In this document: piece by piece, positions 38,833-48,669 of the stretch | How the letters are laid out: every line of letters begins with the position of its first letter | Position numbering within the stretch: the stretch's first letter is position 1 | Virus record (IMG/VR): IMGVR_UViG_3300032194_000381 | Location: 3,677 to 67,676 of that record | Length of the DNA: 64,000 bases | Source of the DNA: a virus | Strand: one strand, 5' to 3' | Position numbers and translations under genes: made by a program | The notes under the pieces: generated by a model | Seen by the model: only the letters and a program-made list of their open reading frames with translations | Told to the model about the DNA's origin: nothing | Database searches by the model: none

Positions 38833-39048
38833 TTAATCAGCCATAGTAAGGTCAACCGAGCCGTCGCTTTCGTGGCGCTGGTCGTCAACACGCTGCTTAA
38901 CGATAGCCAGGACCTCGAGGGCACCTGTCACTTTCAGGTACACTTCCTTGCTTCGCATCAAACCCTCTTCAGCTGATCTGATTTTCTCACTCAGCTCCTC
39001 AAGCTGCGTTTGCAATTGCTCAGCTGTGTCCTTAAAAATCTCTTCCAT
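38833..39048 (-). CDS. small coiled-coil protein
   Basis: 71 aa heptads, YLKVTGALEVL. Confidence 0.55.
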   Translation of the reverse strand: MEEIFKDTAEQLQTQLEELSEKIRSAEEGLMRSKEVYLKVTGALEVLAIVKQRVDDQRHESDGSVDLTMAD

Positions 39049-39076
39049 TTGGCTCTCGATTTGATGTCAATATAGC

Positions 39077-39856
39077 TCAACATTCTCTGAAATTCAGCCA
39101 ACCCATAGCGCCAGAACCTCCTCCCTGGAACAGTCGACGGTCAAGTAGTTCCATATCGTATCGGATTTCTTGACCTGCACCCTCCGTCAGATCATCCCAG
39201 AAACCATTGAGTAAGTTCAGCTTCCCCAAAGGATCTTGAATTAACCAATCCTTGCTGTCGTAGCCGTAGATAGCCACGAAGTAAGTCAAGCCCCTGGGCT
39301 TCAAATACGGTCCTTTGCTCCAAAGCCCAGCAATCACTGGCTTGCCTTCGTCGATTTCATCTTTGATCTCGTCGTAACCAAGGGTGTGGCTAAATGTCGC
39401 AGTCACACCGATGTCTTCCATTGCGGCTCTGTGATGCCGTCGGTAAGCGCCATGCCCATATCTGTGGACGACATCGGCATAGTCTGAGCACTTTTCAATG
39501 CCACCTAATCCCAAATATATCAAAGCAGAGGCAATCGACTTCGTTTGACATATACGGCGTTCCTTTACACCTTCAGTGTCCTGATGAAGATATGGGTAAT
39601 CTTTCAAGAAACGAACGCCATCCACCTCTTCACAGAGAATCTTTTCTGAGGTGTCTTCCTCTTCCCAATCAGCGTTCCGTATCCACCACTCGCCAAACGG
39701 CGTCGAGAAAAGAGTGTGATCATCCCTTTCATCGATTACTTCACACCTTGGCAAACGACGCGTCTGGACGACCTTTGCCTTCTCTTCATTCTTTAACTTT
39801 TTTCTAGGTATTGGCCTTTTCTTCAGGTGGCAGTGCGTTTTAAAAACTATGTTCAC
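39077..39856 (-). CDS. peptidase C39-like fold protein (catalytic His apparently absent)
   Basis: PYLHQ, ICQTKS, IDEGKPV, TYFVAIYGYD, IQDPLG. Confidence 0.7.
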   Translation of the reverse strand: MNIVFKTHCHLKKRPIPRKKLKNEEKAKVVQTRRLPRCEVIDERDDHTLFSTPFGEWWIRNADWEEEDTSEKILCEEVDGVRFLKDYPYLHQDTEGVKERRICQTKSIASALIYLGLGGIEKCSDYADVVHRYGHGAYRRHHRAAMEDIGVTATFSHTLGYDEIKDEIDEGKPVIAGLWSKGPYLKPRGLTYFVAIYGYDSKDWLIQDPLGKLNLLNGFWDDLTEGAGQEIRYDMELLDRRLFQGGGSGAMGWLNFREC

Positions 39857-40104
39857 TTAGTCGGGGGTTGAGAGTCCTTATCAGGCACTGTAAACTTTTT
39901 CTCAGTCTTTTTACCATCATCCTTTCTGCTGATTCCATATACAGCCAGGACCGATGTAACCAGTGATGAGATGAAAGCCGCGTCGATCTTCGCGTAGCCC
40001 ATATAGCTGGCCGTCAACATAGCCAGTGCCCACGAAAGGACGCCTGCAGGAACAAGCGTAGATAATAACTCTCTAAAAGAGAATTGGGATTCTTCATCTT
40101 TCAT
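39853..40104 (-). CDS. two-TM membrane protein (holin-like)
   Basis: LVPAGVLSWALAMLTASY and AFISSLVTSVLAVYGI, basic tail. Confidence 0.55.
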   Translation of the reverse strand: MKDEESQFSFRELLSTLVPAGVLSWALAMLTASYMGYAKIDAAFISSLVTSVLAVYGISRKDDGKKTEKKFTVPDKDSQPPTK

Positions 40105-40163
40105 GGGTATATTTTAGACTAAATGTGTTTCTACTAATATCAGAATACGGACGAGGATCTATT

Positions 40164-40646
40164 ATGTGGCGTGCACTTTTTATTCTCGCATTTGCGGGGG
40201 CGCCTGCATATGCTGACATCACAAGCCGGCTCCAGAGTTCGGTTCAACTGACCGTTGATGCTGCGGCAACGAATGTAAGCCGTGTAGGTAATTCGTATAG
40301 CGTTTCTGGGACGGGAGTAAGCACAACAGATGGCACGAATACAGGTGCTGTCGGTTCCTTGAACATGACCACTGGCGTCTCAGCCGGGCCGTCAATCACT
40401 GCGACACAGGCCACCAGCGGAAACGCTTTCAGCTTCTCTCAGTCCTATACACAAGGTGATGCCATCCCAACGAGTGCAGTGACTACTGGGGAGGTGGCTA
40501 ACTTCTCAGACATCACTTCAACTTCCGCAGGCACCGCAGGAACCCTCGCTGGCACAATCACGTCGGCTGGTGCTGTATCTGTGACAGCAGGCGGCGCGGG
40601 AACAAGTGCGACAGGACAATACGTTTCGGAAATTACCGTGCGATAG
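40164..40646 (+). CDS. secreted S/T/G-rich beta protein
   Basis: signal peptide ...APAYA/DIT; SSVQLTVDAAA. Confidence 0.7.
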   Translation: MWRALFILAFAGAPAYADITSRLQSSVQLTVDAAATNVSRVGNSYSVSGTGVSTTDGTNTGAVGSLNMTTGVSAGPSITATQATSGNAFSFSQSYTQGDAIPTSAVTTGEVANFSDITSTSAGTAGTLAGTITSAGAVSVTAGGAGTSATGQYVSEITVR

Positions 40647-41102
40647 ATGGACCGCTTACATGAAGGCATAGCCCTGGGATTTGTCCTTGGAATCCTTCAT
40701 GGGTTGATGCAACCTGGGTATTCAGTGCCGGTGGTCCCGAACTTTACTCAGGGAAGCTTGACGTCAAAGACAGAAACAACCTCTGTTGTGACTGAGACAA
40801 TAAACTCGATGGACTACAACACTGGCTACCAATATTCCGTAACAGGCACTAATATACAGAACACAGGCAACAGTATTGCTCCCTCCACAACTTCAGGCAA
40901 TAGCAATACTATTAACGGCGTCACCAGTACATGGACAACACTGGATTCCGCAAACAAGCCCAGCTGGTCGATCGTCGACAATACGAAAGGCTTTCAGTTT
41001 ACGGAGACGCTGCAAGCTCCGGGGCTTGCGAATCACACGATTATAAACAGAACTACGGAGATAAGAAGCGTCACGGAAAGTACTTCCATCTTCTCACAGT
41101 AG
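40647..41102 (+). CDS. secreted S/T-rich protein
   Basis: hydrophobic N-terminus, VPVVPNFTQGS, ends SIFSQ. Confidence 0.7.
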   Translation: MDRLHEGIALGFVLGILHGLMQPGYSVPVVPNFTQGSLTSKTETTSVVTETINSMDYNTGYQYSVTGTNIQNTGNSIAPSTTSGNSNTINGVTSTWTTLDSANKPSWSIVDNTKGFQFTETLQAPGLANHTIINRTTEIRSVTESTSIFSQ

Positions 41103-41932
41103 GTGTACTTTCTCTATTTGCTAATTCTTCGTTGGCTGGCGATGTCGGTGGCGTTAGTGCTACTGCTAACCCTATTGCAAATAGTAGTGGGAGCGTGACA
41201 AATCAGGCGATCCAGGTACTTCAGGGTCCTTATATCACTAACACCTACGGGAATGGCATTCAATGTCAAGGTCCAACCTTGAATGTGACGCCGTTTATGA
41301 CAAGAACCGGCTCGTTCCAGCTCCCTTACGAAGATTACTATAACGATCCTGTTTATGATACAAGCGACCTAAATGATGACGGAGTTATTGATAATCCAGG
41401 CAAGATTTTATACCACCGTCCAATTAGAACTGGACAAAAAAGTAACTATAGTTGGAACGGAGGATTATCTGCAACCTTATCAATACCTTTAGATGGAGGT
41501 TTGCAAGCTCGATGTAAACGTGCAGCAGAAGCACAGATAGCATTGCAAGAGCAGATGCTTGCTAATCGAAGATTGGATTTTGAGATCGCTAGATTAAAAA
41601 ATTGTGGAGAATTAGCTAAGGCCGGAATTACTTTTAGGCCAGGTAGTCAATTCGCAAAAGTCTGTGCTGACATCGTCGTGAAGATGCCAAATGAAACAGT
41701 GGCACCACACGTTCACCCTATTTCTTTAACGCCCGCCGCAACTCACGAAGAGCACGATTCCGATCACGCTGGGCAAGACGTCTCTCTTGAAGTGATTCCA
41801 TTTTCTGGGGCTTCCCACGCAACGCAGAAATCTTCTTCATTGCCTTCTTCACAGCAGGTTTCACCAGCTTTAGAAGCAAGTCGGCAAGCGGCTTTGCTAG
41901 GAGGGCCGCTGAGGTCGCGACAACAGCAATAG
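40931..41932 (+). CDS. secreted / outer-membrane-associated protein
   Basis: internal signal-like segment then GGVSATANPIANSSGSVTNQAIQ; RLDFEIARLKNC; start uncertain. Confidence 0.65.
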   Translation: MDNTGFRKQAQLVDRRQYERLSVYGDAASSGACESHDYKQNYGDKKRHGKYFHLLTVGVLSLFANSSLAGDVGGVSATANPIANSSGSVTNQAIQVLQGPYITNTYGNGIQCQGPTLNVTPFMTRTGSFQLPYEDYYNDPVYDTSDLNDDGVIDNPGKILYHRPIRTGQKSNYSWNGGLSATLSIPLDGGLQARCKRAAEAQIALQEQMLANRRLDFEIARLKNCGELAKAGITFRPGSQFAKVCADIVVKMPNETVAPHVHPISLTPAATHEEHDSDHAGQDVSLEVIPFSGASHATQKSSSLPSSQQVSPALEASRQAALLGGPLRSRQQQ

Positions 41933-42440
41933 ATGCAGTCGTTGTCACCTGCTGAGGGGATGGCAGATAATCTGTGATCGTGACAGTGGGTTCAGAAACT
42001 TCTGTTTTTACTGGCTTTTCTTCGACTTTCTCTGGAGGTTGTTTCGTTTCTGTTTTTGATTGTTCCGACTTTGTACCAGGGACTGGTGCGGGTCCAGGGA
42101 TTTCCGGAGCATCTGGTAGTGCCGGTGGTTCAGGCTTGTACGAAGGAACTGGTGCCTCTGTGGTGTAAACCAAATCCTCTGGGGTGTAATCCAAAGGTGT
42201 AAAAGAAGGAGCCCCTGCGTCGCAGTGAGTCACAACCCCATTGGGGTCGTCCTCCATGATGGAATTAGATTTACCAGACTGAGTATGTGCTTTGACACAG
42301 CCTGGTAGTTGAATTATTGGTGTACCGAGATTCACTGTGACAGGAACCTCGATGGTGCTTACCACTGGAGGTTTGACCATCCAGCTGTGAATCCTGACAG
42401 GCGGGAGGCTGTTGATACCTATGTCAGGTATATCAGGCAT
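41718..42440 (-). CDS. Pro-rich protein with C-terminal TM anchor
   Basis: PGCV...CD pair, P/E/K linker, TASIAVVATSAALLA, basic tail. Confidence 0.65.
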   Translation of the reverse strand: MPDIPDIGINSLPPVRIHSWMVKPPVVSTIEVPVTVNLGTPIIQLPGCVKAHTQSGKSNSIMEDDPNGVVTHCDAGAPSFTPLDYTPEDLVYTTEAPVPSYKPEPPALPDAPEIPGPAPVPGTKSEQSKTETKQPPEKVEEKPVKTEVSEPTVTITDYLPSPQQVTTTASIAVVATSAALLAKPLADLLLKLVKPAVKKAMKKISALRGKPQKMESLQERRLAQRDRNRALRELRRALKK

Positions 42441-42731
42441 TTATCCCAAAGGGATAGCAGGTCCGGTTTGTTTCGGAAGTGCTTTCAACTGATTGTTGTG
42501 TTGAAGCTGCATCTCTGGCTTCACCTTATCGGTGAACATCGAATCCATATTCCCGGTCAGAGCTTCGGTCTGCTTACCAAGTTGATTCGTCAGCTGACCA
42601 CTGATGCTTTTAATCAGAGCTTCTTTTTGCTGTTCGATAATCTTATCTTTGTTCAGGTAAAGATAACCGATCAGCAGGTTTGGAGCCAAAGCAAGAAGGG
42701 CCGTGACTGAAACGAGGATTTTCAGAATCAT
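42441..42731 (-). CDS. N-anchored membrane protein
   Basis: TM then YLNKDKIIEQ coiled coil, ends PKQTGPAIP. Confidence 0.65.
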   Translation of the reverse strand: MILKILVSVTALLALAPNLLIGYLYLNKDKIIEQQKEALIKSISGQLTNQLGKQTEALTGNMDSMFTDKVKPEMQLQHNNQLKALPKQTGPAIPLG

Positions 42732-42925
42732 TCTTCAGAATCAGCAGGGTCAGGCGTGTTGCCTTCAGCAACCCACTCAAGGTACTCTTGGTAATCGCAA
42801 TTAGCAGGATCTTTTGGAACGTAAGTGATCACGTTGTTTCGAATTTTTAAAATAAAAGGTGCGACAACAACGGAGCCATCTAGTGGACTGGTGGAGTCAG
42901 CAACGAGTTGATAAGAAAAATCCAT
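42728..42925 (-). CDS. fibre-partner small protein, copy 1
   Basis: P.DPAN.DYQEYLEWVAEGNTP. Confidence 0.7.
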   Translation of the reverse strand: MDFSYQLVADSTSPLDGSVVVAPFILKIRNNVITYVPKDPANCDYQEYLEWVAEGNTPDPADSEE

Positions 42926-42928
42926 GGT

Positions 42929-44011
42929 TCAAAGTTCGGCGGCAAATTCGCCTTGATTCATGAAAATAACAAAAGAATCAGAGGTGGCCGCCCCCGTAGC
43001 ATCCATCACAAAATTAATGCCATTTTTGTTCAATGTGGCGTTGCTTGAAAGGGTGCTACTACCAAAGCTTCCAGTGTTTTCCCTATAGCTAAGAGAGCCA
43101 TAAGTGGGCGAAGGCGTAGCTCTCATTTCAGGAATAAATGGTACAAATTGACTGCAAATTTCGTTACTAATTAGAAATTGTGCAGCCATATATCTTGGAC
43201 TGCTTATGTGATAATACCTTTTACATCTAAAAAGCTCATCGGCGTAGCTTCTGTGCTCAAACGCTGTGGCGACGTTGCCTACTTCTAGTTGTGCTCCGGT
43301 CAAGTAAAATTCGTTAGAGGTGCTGTCGGCGATATTTATAGTCCCCACAGCACGATTTGCATTAGTCACAGCTGCAAACCCACTTGTGTTTAGTGTTCCA
43401 CTTGTAAAGTCAGAGCCGCCACCTAACCAGTGATAGACAGCTAATTCAGAGGACTCGTCGTTGGCGAGAGCAGAAGCAGTATCCCCATCAATAGTGACTT
43501 CTTTATGCTCCCAGGTGTTAACAGTATTGACTGTATAAGTAGCGGAGACTTGCCTAGAATTACCGTCTTGAAAAAATTCCAAGATGTGAGTACCTGTCTT
43601 CGGTGATCTGACCCAAAACGAATACGTTAATTGTTTAGCAGAAGATGAACCGAAGTCTAAGTGCTGAAGATTTTGTCCTTCAATTTTTTGTCCTAATAAA
43701 ATAAAATCACCCGCTGCTGGAGATGCATCCGCAGTCGTGCAATCAACCTTTATGGAATTTGAAAAACCGGCGGGAGCTTCAGTGCTTCGGCTAATACTGA
43801 AGCTGCCCATTGTATTGATAATAAATTGGAACCTATCGAGCACATATTGAGTTACTGTGGCCCCCGTTACATCCGAGCGTTGCCGGACTTGCATCGCACC
43901 ATTGATTAACAGGTTGCGATTACTCAGCTGACCACCGTTAATATCCGTAATCTTGGCATTAACACCGCCGCCACTCGGTGATTCGATATTCGTTACCTTG
44001 AGCGTCGACAT
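42929..44011 (-). CDS. fibre / carbohydrate-binding virion protein, copy 1
   Basis: NRNLLINGAM.V.QR...QLEVG.VAT.FEHRSY..EL.RC.RYY...MRATP...AEL. Confidence 0.75.
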   Translation of the reverse strand: MSTLKVTNIESPSGGGVNAKITDINGGQLSNRNLLINGAMQVRQRSDVTGATVTQYVLDRFQFIINTMGSFSISRSTEAPAGFSNSIKVDCTTADASPAAGDFILLGQKIEGQNLQHLDFGSSSAKQLTYSFWVRSPKTGTHILEFFQDGNSRQVSATYTVNTVNTWEHKEVTIDGDTASALANDESSELAVYHWLGGGSDFTSGTLNTSGFAAVTNANRAVGTINIADSTSNEFYLTGAQLEVGNVATAFEHRSYADELFRCKRYYHISSPRYMAAQFLISNEICSQFVPFIPEMRATPSPTYGSLSYRENTGSFGSSTLSSNATLNKNGINFVMDATGAATSDSFVIFMNQGEFAAEL

Positions 44012-44053
44012 CGCTTACCTCTAGTTAGATCTATTATAAGTTGTTTTATTTAT

Positions 44054-44386
44054 TCAGCTAGGCCTCACAGGCCAGGTGGGGTTTGCTGGATCGCTGGTGT
44101 TAGCGGGTAGATCCCGCAGTGCCTGCCTGTATTCTGCCATCTCTGTAGAAAGCGTCACGTCAGACAACGCCAGATAGTCAGTCTCTGCAAGACGACGGTT
44201 GCGCTCTTCACGCAGTTCCTTCATTGGAATCAACGATTGAAGACGGCTCATTTCCGCTTCAATTTCAGCAACTGAGGGTTGATCAATTTCAGTAGAGTGC
44301 CAAATCAGATTGGCAAGATCTCCACCAATGATTCCGAAATCGGCCCCAGGGGCGAGGCTTTTGATTGCGTCAGATCTCAAGGACAT
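44054..44386 (-). CDS. tail fibre assembly chaperone-like
   Basis: LREERNRRLAETD...YRQALRDLP...WP. Confidence 0.75.
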   Translation of the reverse strand: MSLRSDAIKSLAPGADFGIIGGDLANLIWHSTEIDQPSVAEIEAEMSRLQSLIPMKELREERNRRLAETDYLALSDVTLSTEMAEYRQALRDLPANTSDPANPTWPVRPS

Positions 44387-45000
44387 CAGCCTAGCTCCAC
44401 AAGTGTGATTGTTGACGTTCCATTGACCGTGCCACCGTCATATTGAAAAAACGCTGTACTAGAACTGGCATAATTTCTAGCCTGTGTTTTATATGTCAGC
44501 TGAGAAGTACCTGCCGACCTGCTGTCGTCATTGTAAATCAAGGCTTTATGTTCGTAAAGGTTTACCCCTGTTGAACCTGCTGATTGTGCAAACACATCAA
44601 ACGGACCAGTTGCATCGCCAACAGGATCGTAGATAGTGGTTGAGCCTCTTAAAATCCTGATGCCAAGACCCGTAAAAAAGGTGGACGAAGTTAGTGAGAG
44701 GTATTGCTGGTTAACAATCACTAAAATATCACTGTCAGACTTTAACGGCGTTATGTTTGCCGTCAAATTTGTATCCGTATAAGTAGTCCCTGTGATTTCT
44801 GCTTCTGTTGTTGTTTCTGCATAGACGACCTGAAGAATTGCTGTATCTCCAAAAACTAAAGATCCTGCAGTTGATCCGTTTCTTAAGGACTGAAAAGCAC
44901 TGCCGTTGCTGGTTGGCAACGTAAGGGTGTTACTACCAGCTGCAGCTGGTGCATCGATCTCAGTAAAGCCTGAGCTGCTTCCGTTGAGTCTTAAGGTCAT
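44386..45000 (-). CDS. short fibre protein
   Basis: LNGSSSG..EI.APAAAG.NTLTLP, ILQVV, STITLVE. Confidence 0.7.
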   Translation of the reverse strand: MTLRLNGSSSGFTEIDAPAAAGSNTLTLPTSNGSAFQSLRNGSTAGSLVFGDTAILQVVYAETTTEAEITGTTYTDTNLTANITPLKSDSDILVIVNQQYLSLTSSTFFTGLGIRILRGSTTIYDPVGDATGPFDVFAQSAGSTGVNLYEHKALIYNDDSRSAGTSQLTYKTQARNYASSSTAFFQYDGGTVNGTSTITLVELG

Positions 45001-46286
45001 TCTGTTGCCTCCAATGCTGCAACTTTAGTCTCTAATGTTTCAATTCGCTCTTTTGCTTCTTTTAATGCCGCCACAAGAACTGGAACCATGTGGCTATATT
45101 CCAAAGTTTTATATGTGCCAAGCTCCTCATTCAGTGAGTTATGCGAATCGAAATCACCTTCGCTTAATTTATCTGACTCAACTGGACATGCGTGCTCAAT
45201 TTCTTTAACAACTTCTGGGAAATGCTGCTCAACTTCTTGCGCAATCAAGCCTAAAAACACACCATCACCAACAGTCGCGCGTTGATCTGTATTTTCTTTC
45301 CACCGATATTTAATCGGTTGTATATCGTCTAATTTGCTGAGAACATCGGTCGAAATAGGTTCGACAACATCCTTCAATCGAGAATCAGAACCTTGATAGG
45401 TTCCAGAAATGAAGGTACTACCGGCGCCGTAAAGAGCCCAAGAGTTAGTCCCGTCGAAGTAACCTAAAATTCCATAAACACCAGCAACTTGACCAATAGC
45501 GCCGCCGCCTGGGGAGCCTGTAGCTGCTATATAATTTCCGTAAAGGGCATAACGTGTTCCTGTGGCACTAGCTGTTGCGGAACTAACAGCGTATATGGTT
45601 TGGTGGGCTGTGCCTATAGAAGATGACTCGGCATAAATGCCAGTGTCGGCAATTCTATTACTGCCTGTATAGCGTAAATCTACTTCTGCGAAACTCGTAA
45701 CTGCCTGCTTTATAGCCACCCCACCGTTATTTCCAATCCTCATCCGCTCTGTCGGGCTTGACGCACCATCTGCAGTAGTGGAAACCACTAAGCGGGTTGG
45801 CATGTCGTTTGAGCCAGGAGTGGTGTCTACAAATGCAGATATTCTGGCCCCTTCAACAAACTCAGCTCCATCATTCCCTTGAAAACCAATAAATCCCAAT
45901 TCACTCCCATCGATAACAGCCGTATTCCCGCCTATAGATCCACTCGCTTGGTGGCCCAAAATTAAATAGCCACCCTCTCCACTATTGCTGCTAGATGAAA
46001 AAATTGCAGCTCCTCTAGCGCTGCTGGTAGTACCTTCAATTTGAAACGCCTGACTGAGACTGGTTTGATTAAACGTATTACTACGCGCAGTAGACGTACC
46101 AACTAACAGCTGCCCCGAGCTATCAACCGTTGCCGCAGTGCTGCCGTTTGTTGAAATATTTACTTCGTTCGCACCAAAGAAAATACCGCTATCGGTATCA
46201 TCACCTGTCAACGCAGGAGCCGCAGCTGTTCCATTTGTGACTTTAAGTGGCGTGATGCCGTCTGTTCCGCTGATAGTAATTGCCAT
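44997..46286 (-). CDS. tail fibre/spike with C-terminal intramolecular chaperone (S74)
   Basis: SDSRLK, GLIAQEV, VPVLVAALKE..ERIETLE. Confidence 0.85.
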   Translation of the reverse strand: MAITISGTDGITPLKVTNGTAAAPALTGDDTDSGIFFGANEVNISTNGSTAATVDSSGQLLVGTSTARSNTFNQTSLSQAFQIEGTTSSARGAAIFSSSSNSGEGGYLILGHQASGSIGGNTAVIDGSELGFIGFQGNDGAEFVEGARISAFVDTTPGSNDMPTRLVVSTTADGASSPTERMRIGNNGGVAIKQAVTSFAEVDLRYTGSNRIADTGIYAESSSIGTAHQTIYAVSSATASATGTRYALYGNYIAATGSPGGGAIGQVAGVYGILGYFDGTNSWALYGAGSTFISGTYQGSDSRLKDVVEPISTDVLSKLDDIQPIKYRWKENTDQRATVGDGVFLGLIAQEVEQHFPEVVKEIEHACPVESDKLSEGDFDSHNSLNEELGTYKTLEYSHMVPVLVAALKEAKERIETLETKVAALEATE

Positions 46287-46294
46287 AATTTACC

Positions 46295-46792
46295 TCAAAT
46301 CACCACCCAACTTGAAGAGGACGGAATAGTAACCGTGACCCCTGAATTAATTGTAATCGGCCCCGCACTATGGGCGTTCCGGTTCGTAGGAATAGTGTAA
46401 CTCGTATCTACCGTTTGCTCATTCAAGAAAAAGACGTGGTTACCTGCACCACCTGTGGCGCCCGTAAAGTTTGACGCCAGCTTTGCTTCAGTGACCGTTC
46501 CGTCAGCCGGGGTGTTGATGTCGACCGAGTCCCCTTGCATGACTGCAAAGAAGTCAAGACCTGACCCCGGGGGCGTCGTAAATGTGATCTGACTATTGGC
46601 TACGGTGTAGTCGACACTCGGATTCTGAATTACACCACCGACTGACACCGTGAGCTGCGAGGAACTAGCAGGAGCAACCGCAATCCCACTTACCTCGAGG
46701 TCAAATGTTGCTAGCGTTCCGTTGAAAGAACCGGAGATGTCATCGATCTCACGGTTCTGACCACGTGCTACGCCTCTACCGATGTATGGCAC
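46295..46792 (-). CDS. tail/fibre-associated structural protein
   Basis: PYIG, DDISGSFNG, VGGVIQNP, SAGPITINSGVTVT. Confidence 0.7.
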   Translation of the reverse strand: MPYIGRGVARGQNREIDDISGSFNGTLATFDLEVSGIAVAPASSSQLTVSVGGVIQNPSVDYTVANSQITFTTPPGSGLDFFAVMQGDSVDINTPADGTVTEAKLASNFTGATGGAGNHVFFLNEQTVDTSYTIPTNRNAHSAGPITINSGVTVTIPSSSSWVVI

Positions 46793-46842
46793 AGTGAACT
46801 ACCTCTTGATCACTCTATTCTAAAGGAGTAAGTCTTTTGTCC

Positions 46843-47022
46843 TTACTCCTCTCCAGAGTCGGCAGGTTCCGGGGTGTTGCCTTCAGCGACCCACTCAAGG
46901 TACTCCTGATAGTCGGTATTGTCGGGCGCCATAGGAATTAGCGCACCATCCTCTTTACGAAGAATGCAAGGTGCTTCTTGGTTGAGCATGGAATCCCAGC
47001 ACTTTTTATAGGTGTAAGTCAT
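46843..47022 (-). CDS. fibre-partner small protein, copy 2
   Basis: 59 aa ...IPMAPDNTDYQEYLEWVAEGNTPEPA; ATGA overlap with fibre stop. Confidence 0.7.
   Translation of the reverse strand: MTYTYKKCWDSMLNQEAPCILRKEDGALIPMAPDNTDYQEYLEWVAEGNTPEPADSGEE
46862..46915. repeat. 54-bp direct repeat (other copies 48893-48946 and 42744-42797)
   Basis: 53/54 and 47/54 identity by manual alignment. Confidence 0.85.
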
Positions 47023-48656
47023 AATTCTGCTGCAGCTTTTAAAATACCTGTTTGAGTGCCATTGTACACAGCTATCGCGCGGCCTATGGTAGTACTACCT
47101 GTAGCAACAGAAGCGTCAACTTCCACGCTGTCTATCGTCGGATATAAGACACTAAAACCAGTAAAAGTTCCTACACCATCCCCGTCATACCAATCGAATG
47201 AATTACTAGAAGTAATTGTAGGGGCTGCCCGCATTGTTACTGGTAAAGTTAAACCTAGCCTGTTAAGAGCAGTGGTGCTACCTCCAACTCCACGCAATCT
47301 TGGCTTGCTAAATTGTTGATAATACCTTTGACACCTAGCAAGCTCATCGCTAATGCTTCTGTGCTCAAACGGTGTCGCCTTTTCACCAAGTTCATACTGA
47401 AAGCCAGTAAATTGAATGTAGTTACTGGTAGAACCCATGAGATTTATTTGATTTGTACTATTGACGCGGGATGCTCCATCAGTATTCCAAGAGGTAGTGT
47501 TTTGCCCTGAACTGCTAAAGTTTGATCCAGCGTCCAGCCAGATCTGAAATTCAATACCAGTAGTATTGTCGTCGTCAATAGCTGTAGCAGTATTGCCAAT
47601 GAAGGTAATTGTTTTGTATTCCCAAGTATTGACAGACTGGATCTCTACACTTCCTGCAAGATAAGGTGGTCCTGTGTTTACTTCTGAAGTTACTGATAAA
47701 TTACCAGTCATATTTGATTTGACATAAAAAGACAAAGTTGTAGTCTTTGCGTCAGATGTACCGTAATTTAGATGCTGAAGGTCTTGCCCCTCAATGTTGT
47801 ATTGAAGAATGTTGAAATTACCGGCGGAAGTCGGGGTACTAGCAGTTGTAGTTGCAACTTTAATTGATTTATTAAAACCAGCTGGTCCGTCTGATTCTTG
47901 CGTAACAGTAAACGCTCCACCCGAATCTTTGCTAAGTCTGAATCTGTCTACAGTGTAGACTGCGACAGCACCTGTGCCAATAGCAAAAGTTGTACCTCTT
48001 TGACTGATTCGACAGTCTCCGTTAATAATAAGATTTCTGCTACTCAACGCACCAGCAGTTGGGAAAGTTTCCCCGTGAATCGTCGTAGGCTCTAGATCAC
48101 CATCAAGAGTAATCTTGTCATTACCTGCATCGACGACAAATAAGTTTGCTTTTGTATCACCCTCTACACGGAAATCAACATTATCGCCATCTTCATTGAA
48201 GACAATTGCAGTAGGTCCAAAATCAGCGATCTTATTGTTGTTCGAGCTGACAGATGTGATCCCAGTACCGCCTCGGAATAGGCCAGTATCAAGGTCCTGG
48301 TTGAAGGTAATCGAGGGCGTGCCGGCATCCCCATCAGGGAATGCATGGCCTGCTGTCACATAGTCGGCGCCAGCAAGAATGACACCGAAGAAGGACTGAC
48401 CGGATGCTGGTGCCGCACTGAAGACGATGTTCGTACCAGTCAACTGGAAACCGTTAGTGCCTGTTCCATCCGGTTCCTGGATGACACCACCAACAGAAAT
48501 CAGGCAGTTCTCCGAAGCAATCGGGAAGGGAACTGGTGAGACACCACCAACTTGAAGGGCGAACGAAGTCGTAGATCCATCAAAGCTTGAGCTAATATCA
48601 TCAATGCTTTGATACGTACTCTGAGCGATCTGCGGGCTCTGGCCGATATATCCCAT
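47019..48656 (-). CDS. long fibre protein, copy 2 of domain
   Basis: N-terminal DDISSSFDG module, DFRVEGD, RNLIING...FEHRS...AEL. Confidence 0.75.
   Translation of the reverse strand: MGYIGQSPQIAQSTYQSIDDISSSFDGSTTSFALQVGGVSPVPFPIASENCLISVGGVIQEPDGTGTNGFQLTGTNIVFSAAPASGQSFFGVILAGADYVTAGHAFPDGDAGTPSITFNQDLDTGLFRGGTGITSVSSNNNKIADFGPTAIVFNEDGDNVDFRVEGDTKANLFVVDAGNDKITLDGDLEPTTIHGETFPTAGALSSRNLIINGDCRISQRGTTFAIGTGAVAVYTVDRFRLSKDSGGAFTVTQESDGPAGFNKSIKVATTTASTPTSAGNFNILQYNIEGQDLQHLNYGTSDAKTTTLSFYVKSNMTGNLSVTSEVNTGPPYLAGSVEIQSVNTWEYKTITFIGNTATAIDDDNTTGIEFQIWLDAGSNFSSSGQNTTSWNTDGASRVNSTNQINLMGSTSNYIQFTGFQYELGEKATPFEHRSISDELARCQRYYQQFSKPRLRGVGGSTTALNRLGLTLPVTMRAAPTITSSNSFDWYDGDGVGTFTGFSVLYPTIDSVEVDASVATGSTTIGRAIAVYNGTQTGILKAAAEL
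47332..47378. repeat. 47-bp direct repeat (other copies 49363-49409 and ~43224-43270)
   Basis: 43/47 identity between copies 2 and 3. Confidence 0.8.
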
Positions 48657-48669
48657 GATGTAGATCTAT

